Positions 49,958 through 59,560 of a DNA stretch of 64,000 bases are shown piece after piece. Where the stretch lies: positions 896,001-960,000 of the forward strand of contig OY760142.1 of NCBI GenBank assembly GCA_963663225.1, read 5' to 3'. The stretch is from Nitrospirota bacterium (lineage in GTDB: Bacteria; Nitrospirota; UBA9217). The stretch's first letter is position 1, and the number at the start of each line of letters is the position of its first letter. The translations under genes and the position numbers were made by a program. Under the pieces are notes generated by a model. The model had not been told where the DNA came from, ran no database searches, and was given only the letters and a program-made list of their open reading frames with translations.

Positions 49958-52522
49958 ATGGGAAATAATGACAATGCTTCTGCAGTTCTCGAAAAAATGA
50001 AAGAGATTGCCGACGGCTGCATGGGTGAGGCTCCGGCGTATTGCGTTGCCGCCTGCCCCATGCACACCGATGCCAAAGGCTATGTAGGCCTGATCAGCGA
50101 AGGAAAGCATCAGGAAGCGCTGAGGCGGGTTCGCGAAACACTCTTTCTTCCCGGCACCCTGGGAAGAATTTGTGCACATCCCTGCGAGGAGAAGTGCAAA
50201 CGCGGCGAAATGAAAAATCCTCTTTCCATTGCAACATTAAAACGATTTGTAGCGGACAACTACGATAATGAAATTTTCTGGGATTTGACCACAGCTCCCG
50301 ATAAATCACATCGCATTGCCATTATCGGAGCCGGGCCGACGGGTGCACAGGCCGCTCTGGACCTGCGCAGAAAAGGTTACCAGGTCACCGTATATGAGAA
50401 ACTCACCGTTCTTGGAGGAATGCTGCGGGTCGGAATTCCCGAATACCGGCTCCCGAGACATATTATCGACAGGGAATATTCTTTACTCCAAAAAATTGGT
50501 GTTCAATTTGTTCTTGGCGTCGAGATCGGCAAAGACATTCCTTTTGAGAAGCTCCATGCAGAACATGATGCGGTTCTTGTCGCCGTGGGAGCCCACAAAG
50601 CCGTCATCCTGCCGGTGCCCGGGGCAGACCTGAACGGCGTGCTGAATGCAGTTGACTTTTTGAGAACCGTAAGCCTTACGCAGCACCATGCACTCGGCAA
50701 TACCGTGGTGGTCATCGGCGGAGGCAACGTTGCTATTGATGCCGCAAGAACCGCGCGACGCGTCGGGGCCAAAAACGTCCACCTCGTGTGCCTTGAATGC
50801 AGAGACGAAATGCCCGCCCATGACTGGGAAATCAAGGATGCGGAAGACGAAGGCGTCACCATCCATACCAGTTGCGGACCGACCGAAATTCTCGGAAAGC
50901 ACGGAACGGTTGCCGGATTCCGGATACGCCGCTGTACCTCTGTTTTTGACGACGGAGGAAAGTTCTGCCCCCGTTTCGATGACGGAATCACGAATGAAAT
51001 CGACAATGTAAACAATATTATTTTTGCCGTCGGACAGTCCGTAGACGGTGCGTTTATTTCGGAAGATCTTGTCCTGAGGCAATCACGAGGATGGTTTGTC
51101 GTTGATCCAATTACCCTCCAGACAGGCATAAAAAACGTTTTCGCCGCTGGAGATGCAACCGGCAGATCCATCATCGCTGTGGAGGCCATGGCTGAAGGCA
51201 GGAAGGCAGCGGAATCCATTGACCGCTATCTGACCGGCAGGGACCTTTATGAAAACAGAGAAACGGAAACCGGCTGTGAAACGAAACTCGAAACCAAAAT
51301 CGCACCCGATGAACCCAACCTCCCGAGAGTACGCACAGCAATGCTTCCTCCTTCTGAACGGATCCTTTCTTTTGCCGAGGCTGACAATGGTTTTGATGAA
51401 CCCCGTGCCGTTCAGGAAGCGTCCCGCTGTTTTCAATGCGAATGCAAAATGTGCATGAAAGAATGCGAGATGCTTGCGGACTTCACCAGCTGCCCCGGAG
51501 TGCTCTTCAGGGACATCCTTGCGAAAAGAAATGTTGACCCTCTCGTTCCATTCTCGTGCAACATGTGCAAACAATGCACTCTGGTCTGTCCGAAAGAGTA
51601 TGTGATGATGGACCGCTTTATGGACCTTCGCATTCAACTGGTTCGCGAAAACAACGGCAAATCACCAATCAAGGGACACAAAGCCATTGACGCCCACCAG
51701 ATGCTTGGATTTTCCCGCTTCTTTAACACCAGTATTCCGGCTAAACAAGGCACCAAGACCAGACGGGTATTCATTCCCGGATGCAGCCTGCCATCGTATA
51801 ATCCGGCACTGGTCGGCAGCATACTGTCGCACCTCCGGGAGCGACTGCCTGATACCGGAGCAATTCTCAAATGCTGCGGCAAGCCGACAAAAGCACTCGG
51901 ACAGGTTGAAGCGTTTAAAAAACGCTACGCGGAATTTCAGGCGGAAATCGACCGGCTGGGTGCTGAGGAAATTATCGTTGCCTGCCAATCCTGTTATGTG
52001 ACCATGCAGGCCTACAGCCCGAACCAGAAGGTCCGGTCTTTGTGGGAGGTCCTTCCCGAAATCGGCCTGCCGGCACATGCTGTCGGCACCGGTAAAAGCA
52101 CAAACCTCACCATCGCGGTCCATGATTCCTGCCCTACGCGCGATGTGCGGCAAATACAGGACGGCATCCGTTCAATAATAGACACCCTGGGTTATGTGAT
52201 AGAGGAGCCGCCCCACACGCGGGGAACGACGCTCTGCTGCGGCTTCGGAGGCATGGTCGTGCCGGCAAACCCCCCTTTGGCGCAGCGGGTGATGAACCGC
52301 AGGACCGCGGAAGTAACATCGGATGTCATGGTAACCTATTGCGCCGCCTGCAGGGAATCCATGGTACGGGGCGGAAAAAAATCGCTCCATATTCTGGACC
52401 TTGTTTTCGGCGGCCCGTGGAAGCTTGACTCCAGTTATCCGGAACTTCCGGGCAACCCTCTCACCGGCTGGGTGAACCGATACAAGGCAAAAAAACTGAT
52501 CAACAAAATCGCCAAATCCTAA
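49958..52522 (+). CDS. Fusion oxidoreductase: GltD/SudA-like NAD(P)/FAD module + [4Fe-4S] + two CCG (HdrD/GlpC-like) domains
   Basis: C..ACP, GRICAHPCE..C, IIGAGPTG, GIPEYRLP, IGGGNVA, FAAGD; CFQCECKMC, CNMCKQC..C; PGC/CCG/AC..C and HDSC/CCGFGG/YC..C. Confidence 0.88.
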   Translation: MGNNDNASAVLEKMKEIADGCMGEAPAYCVAACPMHTDAKGYVGLISEGKHQEALRRVRETLFLPGTLGRICAHPCEEKCKRGEMKNPLSIATLKRFVADNYDNEIFWDLTTAPDKSHRIAIIGAGPTGAQAALDLRRKGYQVTVYEKLTVLGGMLRVGIPEYRLPRHIIDREYSLLQKIGVQFVLGVEIGKDIPFEKLHAEHDAVLVAVGAHKAVILPVPGADLNGVLNAVDFLRTVSLTQHHALGNTVVVIGGGNVAIDAARTARRVGAKNVHLVCLECRDEMPAHDWEIKDAEDEGVTIHTSCGPTEILGKHGTVAGFRIRRCTSVFDDGGKFCPRFDDGITNEIDNVNNIIFAVGQSVDGAFISEDLVLRQSRGWFVVDPITLQTGIKNVFAAGDATGRSIIAVEAMAEGRKAAESIDRYLTGRDLYENRETETGCETKLETKIAPDEPNLPRVRTAMLPPSERILSFAEADNGFDEPRAVQEASRCFQCECKMCMKECEMLADFTSCPGVLFRDILAKRNVDPLVPFSCNMCKQCTLVCPKEYVMMDRFMDLRIQLVRENNGKSPIKGHKAIDAHQMLGFSRFFNTSIPAKQGTKTRRVFIPGCSLPSYNPALVGSILSHLRERLPDTGAILKCCGKPTKALGQVEAFKKRYAEFQAEIDRLGAEEIIVACQSCYVTMQAYSPNQKVRSLWEVLPEIGLPAHAVGTGKSTNLTIAVHDSCPTRDVRQIQDGIRSIIDTLGYVIEEPPHTRGTTLCCGFGGMVVPANPPLAQRVMNRRTAEVTSDVMVTYCAACRESMVRGGKKSLHILDLVFGGPWKLDSSYPELPGNPLTGWVNRYKAKKLINKIAKS

Positions 52523-52606
52523 ACCCCTTACCAAGGGAATTCGCTATACTTTAAAAATGCCGAGAATTTCAGTCTGTTTGATATCTTTTTATGAAAGGAG
52601 AGTTTT

Positions 52607-53587
52607 ATGATAAAAAGTATGCGGAATAAAAGTCTGATTGGTATGCTTGTCCTGCTGGTCTGTCTTGCTTCGGCTGCAACGATGTACGCCAAGGAAAATT
52701 ACAAGGGCTATGTAAAAGGAGAAGTGTTCATCACCGCACAGGAACTCAACGGCCTCATACAGGCAAAGGACCAGAAGCTGGTCGTCATCGCGGTCGCCAA
52801 CGCGAAAGACTACTACCTCGGCCATGTTCCGGGTTCCTTCCAGATGTGGCGGCCTGATTATGAAGCTGATCCCGCGACACAGGGCGGCGTAACGGACAAC
52901 CTCATTCAGCCGGAAGGGTTCACTAAACTGATGCAGAGAATCGGCGTCAATGCAGACTCCAAAGTCGTCGTATATGACCATAAATACGACGCAACCAGAA
53001 TCTGGTGGGCCTTCTATTATTACGGCAAGACTGACGTTCGCGTGCTCGACGGAGGACTGAAGGCATGGACCAAGGCTGGTTACGGCACTGATCTCCTGGC
53101 CAGCAAAGACCCGCGGCCGGGGACATGGGTCGCAAAAATTACCTATCCAACGCTCCGCGTTGACACACCGGAAATACTTGGATTGAAAGACAAGAAAGAT
53201 GCGCAGTTGTGGGACGTCCGGGGCGACTCGGAATCCTGCGGCAAGGAAATCAAACAAGGCGCGTTTCGCGCCGGACGAATTCCCTGGGGCGTTCAGGCGG
53301 ATTATGTGCTTCTCAAAAAGAAGGACAATGATGCCGAGTGGTTGACTGCCGAAGAGGTTCAGAAAGTTGTAAAAAAACTCGGCGTGAACCCCAAGATGCA
53401 GCAGTATTTCTATTGCCAGTCCGGCGTTCGCTGCTCACAGTGGATCATTACCCTTTATGCTATGGGCTGGCCGATCTCGAAAATGCACAACTACGACGGT
53501 TCCTGGATTGCCTGGTCGAAGGATGAAAAACTTCCTATAGAAACGGGCTGTCCGGACACCACGCCGGCTCCCTGGCAAAAGAAATAA
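52607..53587 (+). CDS. Exported tandem-rhodanese sulfurtransferase
   Basis: Signal peptide; GHVPG, VLDGG, GRIP, active-site loop YCQSGVR, NYDGSW. Confidence 0.9.
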   Translation: MIKSMRNKSLIGMLVLLVCLASAATMYAKENYKGYVKGEVFITAQELNGLIQAKDQKLVVIAVANAKDYYLGHVPGSFQMWRPDYEADPATQGGVTDNLIQPEGFTKLMQRIGVNADSKVVVYDHKYDATRIWWAFYYYGKTDVRVLDGGLKAWTKAGYGTDLLASKDPRPGTWVAKITYPTLRVDTPEILGLKDKKDAQLWDVRGDSESCGKEIKQGAFRAGRIPWGVQADYVLLKKKDNDAEWLTAEEVQKVVKKLGVNPKMQQYFYCQSGVRCSQWIITLYAMGWPISKMHNYDGSWIAWSKDEKLPIETGCPDTTPAPWQKK

Positions 53588-53609
53588 TTTATATTTCAGT
53601 TCCGCTCCA

Positions 53610-53646
53610 TAAGCAAAAGCCCTGGACAACCCAGGGCTTTTGCTTA
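53610..53646. terminator. Bidirectional terminator
   Basis: TAAGCAAAAGCCCTGG-acaac-CCAGGGCTTTTGCTTA perfect 16-bp inverted repeat between convergent genes. Confidence 0.88.
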
Positions 53647-53684
53647 CAGTGAGATTCTCGTGAACCATTATGCATGAGGGAAAA

Positions 53685-54164
53685 TCAACACGCTATCCGT
53701 TCTTTTTTTAATTCAAGGAATAGGTTCGTCCTCGCGAATGGCGACTTGAGTTCCGGAGTAAACTCCCTGAACCCGAGACTGGAGTATAAATTAACCGCCG
53801 GCACCAAAATGCTGTTGGTTTCAATGACAATTCTTTCTGCGCCGTGGGACCAGCAAAATTCCATCACACGCTTACACAGCCTGCGTCCCACTCCTTTGCC
53901 CTAGTGTTTTTCGTCAACTCCCAGTTTTGCCAATTCTCAATCGCCGCCGGATAGTTTCTGGGCCGCACACGTTCCGACCGTAATTCCATGTATGTGAGCA
54001 AAAAATATCTGCCCGCCCGGAAGAATAATTTTTTCGCATGGATTATCCAGCAGCTCCAGGTCGGCTGCTTCAAGAGTAAAATACCGCTCAATCCATGCGC
54101 GGTTAAGCCTTGCAAATTCGCTTGCCAAACTTTCAGCATAGGTAACGATTCGTACGGAATTCAT
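53685..54164 (-). pseudogene. GNAT acetyltransferase pseudogene with two in-frame nonsense codons
   Basis: Single 160-codon frame: ...VGTCAAQKLSGGD*ELAKLGVDEKH*GKGVGRRL...ETNSILVPAVNLYSSLGF. TGA at 53937-39 and TAG at 53901-03. Confidence 0.85.
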
Positions 54165-54402
54165 GCTGTGCTCAACCTTTCTGGTTGACGGTTCCAGCAA
54201 AAAAAAAGGGCAAGCTGTACCCTGTGCATTGCATGTCGCACGGGCGTAATGATTGGTAGCTGCTTAGTCTTTCAGGACGTTGCTGATAATAAAAAAGATG
54301 AAAACTGTCTTGCCAGCGTTGCTGACAGCCACGACAACTGTCGTTGAGATGAGTATTACTCTGAAGGGTTTTCAGAACAGGTTTTTGCTATGAAATGGTC
54401 CG

Positions 54403-55935
54403 TTATGATGGGGTACGCATGTCCTGTTCGCGATATCTGACCCGTAGTTCTTTTTTCATGATCTTCCCGGTTGCGTTTCGCGGAAGATCGTCGGTGAAAA
54501 TGAATCTTCGGGCGATCTTGTAGTGTGCGACGTGTTTTGAAAGGTATTCTCGGAGCGCTTTTGCCGTCACGTTTGCGTCTTCGTGCAACACCACATACAT
54601 GATCGCCAGTTCCTTGCCCTCTTCGTGCTCATGCGACACGCCGATCATGGCGCAGTCCTTGATCGCCGGATGCCGGTGGAGCACTTCTTCCACCTCATAG
54701 GGATAGACGTTCAGACCGTCCACAATGATCATGTCTTTTTTTCGGTCGATAATCCGAATATGCCCTGTTTCTTCGATGCAGGCAACGTCACCGGTGTAAA
54801 GCCATCCGTCCTTGATGGTTTTTGACGTGTCCTCAGGCTTGTTCAGATAGCCTTGCATGACGCTCGGCCCCTTCACGATAAGTTCTCCGGCTTCACCAGC
54901 GGCCACGGGAACGCCGGAGTCGTCGACCACTCTGACTTCTATGCCCGGCAGCGGCAGGCCTACGGTGCCGGGTTTTCTCTTGGCAAGCTCCGGTGGGTTG
55001 ACGGCAACCACCGGAGAGGCTTCCGTCAGTCCGTATCCTTCGATAAGCATCACCTTGAAGGTCTTTTCAAACTCATGGATTACCTTAACCGGCAGCGGCG
55101 CCGCGCCGCAAATGCAGAGCCTGAGATTCAGCAGGAGTTTCACGAAGAACGGCATATTCTTCTCTGCGAGGATTTTATACACTGTGGGAATGGCGACAAA
55201 AAGCGTGATGCGGTCCATAATGAGGCTTTTTACGACCCGGGAAAACGGCCGGACGCCGGGAAGCAGTGAAATCATGGACCCCGTTACCAGCGGAACGATT
55301 ACGCACACGGTATAGGTAAACGAATGAAACAGGGGCAGGAAGACAACGAAACGGTCTTTTTGTTTGATTTGAAAAACTTTTGTCGATGCGAAGGCGTTCA
55401 TAAGGATGTTGCGGTGCGTCAGACACGCTCCCTTGGGTCGGCCCGTGGTCCCCGATGTATAAAGGATCGTTGAGACATCATCCACAGAATGCTCAGGGGT
55501 ATCGGCCGGTTCGCCCGACAAAAGAGAATTCACTACTTCGGAAAGAGGAATGAACGTGCGGGAATTCGTCTCGGTAAGTTTCTGAACCGTTCCTGCGCAA
55601 TCCGTGTCGTAGAAGCAGGTGTGAACGTCCGCATCATTTAAAATAAAGTCAATCTCTTCGTGCGTCAGCAGATTATTGAGCGGAAGGACAACGCCGCCGC
55701 CGCGAATAATCCCGAAATATGCCGCAATATAGTCCGGACAGTTATGGGCAAGGAGCGCTACCCTATCGCCCGGCGTCATACCGCGGCGCAGAAGAAATTC
55801 CGCGAACACGTTTGCCTGCTGGTCCATGTCTCTATAGGAGAATTTTTTACCTTCAAATCGTATGAATGTTTTGCGCGGGGCAAGGGCAGCACGCCTGCGC
55901 AGCAAGTGGTCAAGCGGAAGGACATCTTTTATCAT
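54403..55935 (-). CDS. Long-chain-fatty-acid--CoA ligase (AMP-binding)
   Basis: YTSGTTGRPKG, LPLFH, EGYGLTE, WLYTGD, DRKKD, LPRNATGK. Confidence 0.93.
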   Translation of the reverse strand: MIKDVLPLDHLLRRRAALAPRKTFIRFEGKKFSYRDMDQQANVFAEFLLRRGMTPGDRVALLAHNCPDYIAAYFGIIRGGGVVLPLNNLLTHEEIDFILNDADVHTCFYDTDCAGTVQKLTETNSRTFIPLSEVVNSLLSGEPADTPEHSVDDVSTILYTSGTTGRPKGACLTHRNILMNAFASTKVFQIKQKDRFVVFLPLFHSFTYTVCVIVPLVTGSMISLLPGVRPFSRVVKSLIMDRITLFVAIPTVYKILAEKNMPFFVKLLLNLRLCICGAAPLPVKVIHEFEKTFKVMLIEGYGLTEASPVVAVNPPELAKRKPGTVGLPLPGIEVRVVDDSGVPVAAGEAGELIVKGPSVMQGYLNKPEDTSKTIKDGWLYTGDVACIEETGHIRIIDRKKDMIIVDGLNVYPYEVEEVLHRHPAIKDCAMIGVSHEHEEGKELAIMYVVLHEDANVTAKALREYLSKHVAHYKIARRFIFTDDLPRNATGKIMKKELRVRYREQDMRTPS

Positions 55936-56122
55936 GGGAACTCCCGATAGCGGAGAAATCACAATTTCTGACGGAGGACTATACCACAAGTCGCCTAGAA
56001 GGAAAAGCAAAATATTGCAGAAATTACCGCGAAAAATAAGCCCTGAAAAAGACAAAATCCCGTCCTGTTTGGCTGTATCCATTTTCCGAAGCCGGTACGC
56101 GCCGGGAATACGGAGCGGAAGC

Positions 56123-56151
56123 TTGACAAAATACAGGATATATTATATCCT
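56123..56151 (+). promoter_or_regulatory. tpx promoter overlapped by a perfect palindromic operator
   Basis: TTGACA-17 bp-TATCCT; AGGATATA-T-TATATCCT (56135-56151) covers the spacer and the -10 box. Confidence 0.65.
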
Positions 56152-56252
56152 ATTTATATGCCGTCTGGTTCCTGACGAGAACCGGGAATCCAGGTACAAG
56201 ACAAGGCTACAACTACACCATTTCAAAAGGACATATATTAGGAGGCAATCAG

Positions 56253-56783
56253 ATGGAGCGAACAGATGTAATAACCATGAAAGGCAAACCGCTTACCATT
56301 ACCGGCAACGACCTCAACCCGGGAGACAAGGCGCCCGACTTTACCGTTCTGGACGCCAATCTCGCGGAAGTGCGGCTCGGCGACTTTAAGGGAAAGATCA
56401 AAGTCATCAGCGTAACACCTTCTCTGGACACGCCGGTATGCGATCTGCAGCTGCGGAGATTTAACCATGAAGCGGCAGCGCTGCCGTCCGAGGTGGAAGT
56501 CCTGAACATCAGCATGGATTTGCCCTTTGCAATTTCCCGCTTCTGCGCTACTGCCGATATCGAACGGGCGCGAGCGCTTTCCGACCATCGGGAAGCGTCA
56601 TTTGGAAGGGCCTATGGGGTTTTGATCAAAGAGCTGCGCCTTCTTGCAAGATCGATTTTCATCATAGACAAGGATAATATCGTCCGGTATCGGGAAATCG
56701 TTTCGGAACAGACTAACCATCCCGATTATGACAAGGCGCTGGTAAAGTTGAACCACTTGCTCGCTGCAGCGAAAGCCGCGTAA
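56253..56783 (+). CDS. tpx: Thiol peroxidase (atypical 2-Cys peroxiredoxin)
   Basis: PSLDTPVCD.Q.RRFN, ISMDLPFA..RFC, LLARSIF, HPDYD; AGGAGG RBS. Confidence 0.95.
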   Translation: MERTDVITMKGKPLTITGNDLNPGDKAPDFTVLDANLAEVRLGDFKGKIKVISVTPSLDTPVCDLQLRRFNHEAAALPSEVEVLNISMDLPFAISRFCATADIERARALSDHREASFGRAYGVLIKELRLLARSIFIIDKDNIVRYREIVSEQTNHPDYDKALVKLNHLLAAAKAA

Positions 56784-56810
56784 AAAAAGCAGGTGTCGGG
56801 GAAAACGAGA

Positions 56811-56848
56811 AAAGAAAAAGGCGGACATCGTTGTGCGATGTCCGCCTT
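56811..56848 (-). terminator. Terminator of the cold-shock gene (likely bidirectional)
   Basis: AAGGCGGACATCG-ttgtg-CGATGTCCGCCTT; T-rich run follows on the minus strand. Confidence 0.85.
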
Positions 56849-56868
56849 CTAAGGTTTGGCTTGGTGTT

Positions 56869-57069
56869 TTATTCTTTTACAACATTCGCTGCTTTCGGGC
56901 CCTTGGGGCTGTCAACAACGTCAAACGTCACGTTCTGACCTTCGGCCAGGGACTTGAATCCGCTGTCCTGAATGTCTGAGAAGTGGACAAAAACATCTCC
57001 GCCGTCTTCCTTGGTAATGAATCCGAAACCTTTGGAATCATTGAACCATTTTACGGTTCCTTTTGCCAT
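56869..57069 (-). CDS. Cold-shock protein (CspA family)
   Basis: GTVKWFN..KGFGFI (RNP1), DVFVHFS (RNP2); AGGAGG RBS. Confidence 0.97.
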   Translation of the reverse strand: MAKGTVKWFNDSKGFGFITKEDGGDVFVHFSDIQDSGFKSLAEGQNVTFDVVDSPKGPKAANVVKE

Positions 57070-57336
57070 TCAGCATGAACCTCCTTCTGTGGATATTGAA
57101 GATAGCGGAAACGTCACAAAAAATGCCGCAAAAGGGAACGATCTTTGCGGCTTCTCTTCAACAAAGACTTCCGAACTTCGGCGGCATGATCCCATACCAG
57201 CCGGAAAAAGTCAAGACATTTCAAGAACCGCGGGGAGTTTTTTTCACGGTTGAATCACCGGGCCGTCTGGACACCGGGTAAGAGAGATAGTATACTTCGC
57301 TATAGAATCTGTGCGTTTATACTGCAAGGAGAAAAA

Positions 57337-59169
57337 ATGACACGAAAAAACCAGCGGGCGGCACGTAGAGAGCAAGCAACCTGGGACCTGAAGCCGCTTT
57401 TTAAAAGTGACGATGCACCGGAGATTGAGCAGAAAAGGAAGATCATCGAGCAAAAGAGCTATGAATTCATCAACGCCTGGAAAGACCGCACGGATTACCT
57501 GGAGGATCCCGTTGTTTTGCGTCAGGCCCTCGACCAGTATGAAGCGTGGAAGCGGCTGTATGGGACTGACGGTGATGAAGGGTACTACTTCTGGCTTCGC
57601 ACCCAGCAAGACCAGAACGATCCGAAACTGAAGGCAAAATTCAACCAGGTTGAGGATTTCAGCAGAAAAATCGAGAATGACAGCCAGTTCTTTCACCTGC
57701 GCATTGCCAGGATCAAACCAGAGAGACAGGCGGTGTTTCTCACCCACGGCGCCTTGGCACCGTATCGTCATTTTCTGGAGCGGATTTTCGCCGAATCGCG
57801 GTATCACTTGAGTGAACCGGAGGAGAAAATCCTCAACCTTAAATCAGCGACATCGTATTCGAACTGGACAAAAATGACCGCCGGTTTTCTTTCCAAGGAA
57901 ACACGAACAGTCGCTACGGAAGACGGCGGCAAAAAAACCAGGACCTTTTCAGAGATTGTCGGACTGATGAACAGCAAAAGCAAACCCGTCCGCAATTCCG
58001 CTGCAAAAGCATTCAACCATATACTGCTGCAGCAGGCGGACGTGGCCGAGGCGGAATTGAATTCGGTCCTGGCAAACAAGAAAATCGACGACGAACTCAG
58101 AAACGCGCTCCGTCCGGACACACTCAGGCATCTTGCGGATGACATAGACAGCGACGTTGTGGACACGCTCATCGATTCCGTTGCCGGGCGGTTTTCAATC
58201 TCTGCGCGATATTACGCGCTCAAGGCCAAGCTGTTCAAAGTCTCCAGGCTCAAATACCACGAAAGAAACGTAGAGTTCGGCGCGGTCGCAAAGCACTATC
58301 CGTATTTTCGGGCGGCAAACCTGGTACACGGCGTTCTCGCAAAACTTGATGCAGAACTGGGAAGTATCGTCGCGGATTTCATCAAAAACGACCGGATTGA
58401 CGCATATCCCAGAAAAGGCAAAGGCAGCGGCGCGTTCTGCATTTATCATCTCATGACGCAGCCCACCTATATCCTGCTGAACCACACCGGGAAGTTGCAT
58501 GACGTTCTTACCATTGCGCACGAACTGGGCCACGGCATCAACAACGAGCTCATCAAGAAAAAACAGCACGCTCTCGATTTTGGGACCCCGACTTCGACCG
58601 CTGAAGTGGCAAGCACGTTTATGGAGGATTTCGTTCTTGAAGAAATCCTGCGCAACGCAGACGACGAACTGCGGCTTGCCATCATGATGCAGAAGCTGAA
58701 CGATGATATTTCCTCCATTTTCCGGCAGGTAGCATGCTACCGCTTCGAACAGGAACTGCACTCGGAATTCCGCGTCCGCGGCTATTTATCGAAAGATGAA
58801 ATCGGCTCCCTTTTTCAGAAACACATGGCTTTGTATATGGGAGACGCGGTTGAACAGTCCCCGGGTTCCGAAAACTGGTGGGTGTACTGGAGCCACATCC
58901 GGTATTTCTTCTATGTGTACTCTTATGCAAGCGGGCTTCTGATTTCCAAGGCCCTTCAGCAGTCCGTGAAGCAAAACCCCGAGTTCATCACGAAGGTCAA
59001 GGAATTTCTTTCTGCCGGCCTTTCCGAGTCTCCCAAGAATATATTCGCAAAACTCGGCATCAACATCGCAGACAGGGAGTTCTGGAACCGCGGGTTGGAC
59101 AGGGTGGAAATGCTCCTGGGCGAAACAGAGCGGCTTGCGGCGCACATGGGCAAGATCAGGAAAAAGTGA
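57337..59169 (+). CDS. pepF: Oligoendopeptidase F (peptidase M3B)
   Basis: TWDL, GKGSGAFC, AHELGHG (HExxH), AEVASTF, HI..FFYVYSYA; AAGGAG RBS. Confidence 0.92.
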   Translation: MTRKNQRAARREQATWDLKPLFKSDDAPEIEQKRKIIEQKSYEFINAWKDRTDYLEDPVVLRQALDQYEAWKRLYGTDGDEGYYFWLRTQQDQNDPKLKAKFNQVEDFSRKIENDSQFFHLRIARIKPERQAVFLTHGALAPYRHFLERIFAESRYHLSEPEEKILNLKSATSYSNWTKMTAGFLSKETRTVATEDGGKKTRTFSEIVGLMNSKSKPVRNSAAKAFNHILLQQADVAEAELNSVLANKKIDDELRNALRPDTLRHLADDIDSDVVDTLIDSVAGRFSISARYYALKAKLFKVSRLKYHERNVEFGAVAKHYPYFRAANLVHGVLAKLDAELGSIVADFIKNDRIDAYPRKGKGSGAFCIYHLMTQPTYILLNHTGKLHDVLTIAHELGHGINNELIKKKQHALDFGTPTSTAEVASTFMEDFVLEEILRNADDELRLAIMMQKLNDDISSIFRQVACYRFEQELHSEFRVRGYLSKDEIGSLFQKHMALYMGDAVEQSPGSENWWVYWSHIRYFFYVYSYASGLLISKALQQSVKQNPEFITKVKEFLSAGLSESPKNIFAKLGINIADREFWNRGLDRVEMLLGETERLAAHMGKIRKK

Positions 59170-59278
59170 GAATACAAACGCCTGCTGTTGAAGGTCAGAG
59201 AGTTAATTGCTTCTGATTTTAAACTTGATTGGGATTCTGCAAGGACTTAATTTTTAGATGGGAACTATCGTCTAAAAA

Positions 59279-59355
59279 TGGCGGGGTGGACGGGGCTCGA
59301 ACCCGCGACCTCCGGCGTGACAGGCCGGCGTTCTAACCGGCTGAACTACCACCCC
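59279..59355 (-). tRNA. tRNA-Asp (GUC)
   Basis: GGGGTGGTAGTTCAGCCGGTTAGAACGCCGGCCTGTCACGCCGGAGGTCGCGGGTTCGAGCCCCGTCCACCCCGCCA; cloverleaf, encoded CCA. Confidence 0.97.
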
Positions 59356-59388
59356 GCGTGTGAAGAACTGAACAGAATGAAGTTGATT

Positions 59389-59464
59389 TGGTAGGCGGAA
59401 CAGGGATCGAACCTGTGACCCCAGCCTTGTAAGGGCTGTGCTCTCCCAGCTGAGCTACCCGCCC
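59389..59464 (-). tRNA. tRNA-Val (UAC)
   Basis: GGGCGGGTAGCTCAGCTGGGAGAGCACAGCCCTTACAAGGCTGGGGTCACAGGTTCGATCCCTGTTCCGCCTACCA; cloverleaf, encoded CCA. Confidence 0.97.
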
Positions 59465-59560
59465 GGTTCCAACCAGCAACATGGAAATCGTAATATCTAT
59501 TATTCGAGAACAAAAGTCAAGCGAAATTTATGCCGGTTTCGCTCGATTTGCAACCGGCAC

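Noticed and set aside
53901-53939. Selenocysteine/pyrrolysine recoding or an alternative genetic code
   Set aside because: The stops fall at Trp-like and Gln positions of a GNAT, not at catalytic Cys or Lys positions; no SECIS-like hairpin is evident; TGA and TAG act as normal stops throughout the window.
56165-56190. Hammerhead ribozyme core (CUGACGAG)
   Set aside because: The sequence forms a simple hairpin loop, with no downstream GAAA or three-way junction.
59170-59464. tRNA-anchored genomic island / att site
   Set aside because: No integrase and no convincing duplicate of either tRNA 3' end in the window; CCACCCGCCA near 48877 is too short and on the opposite strand.
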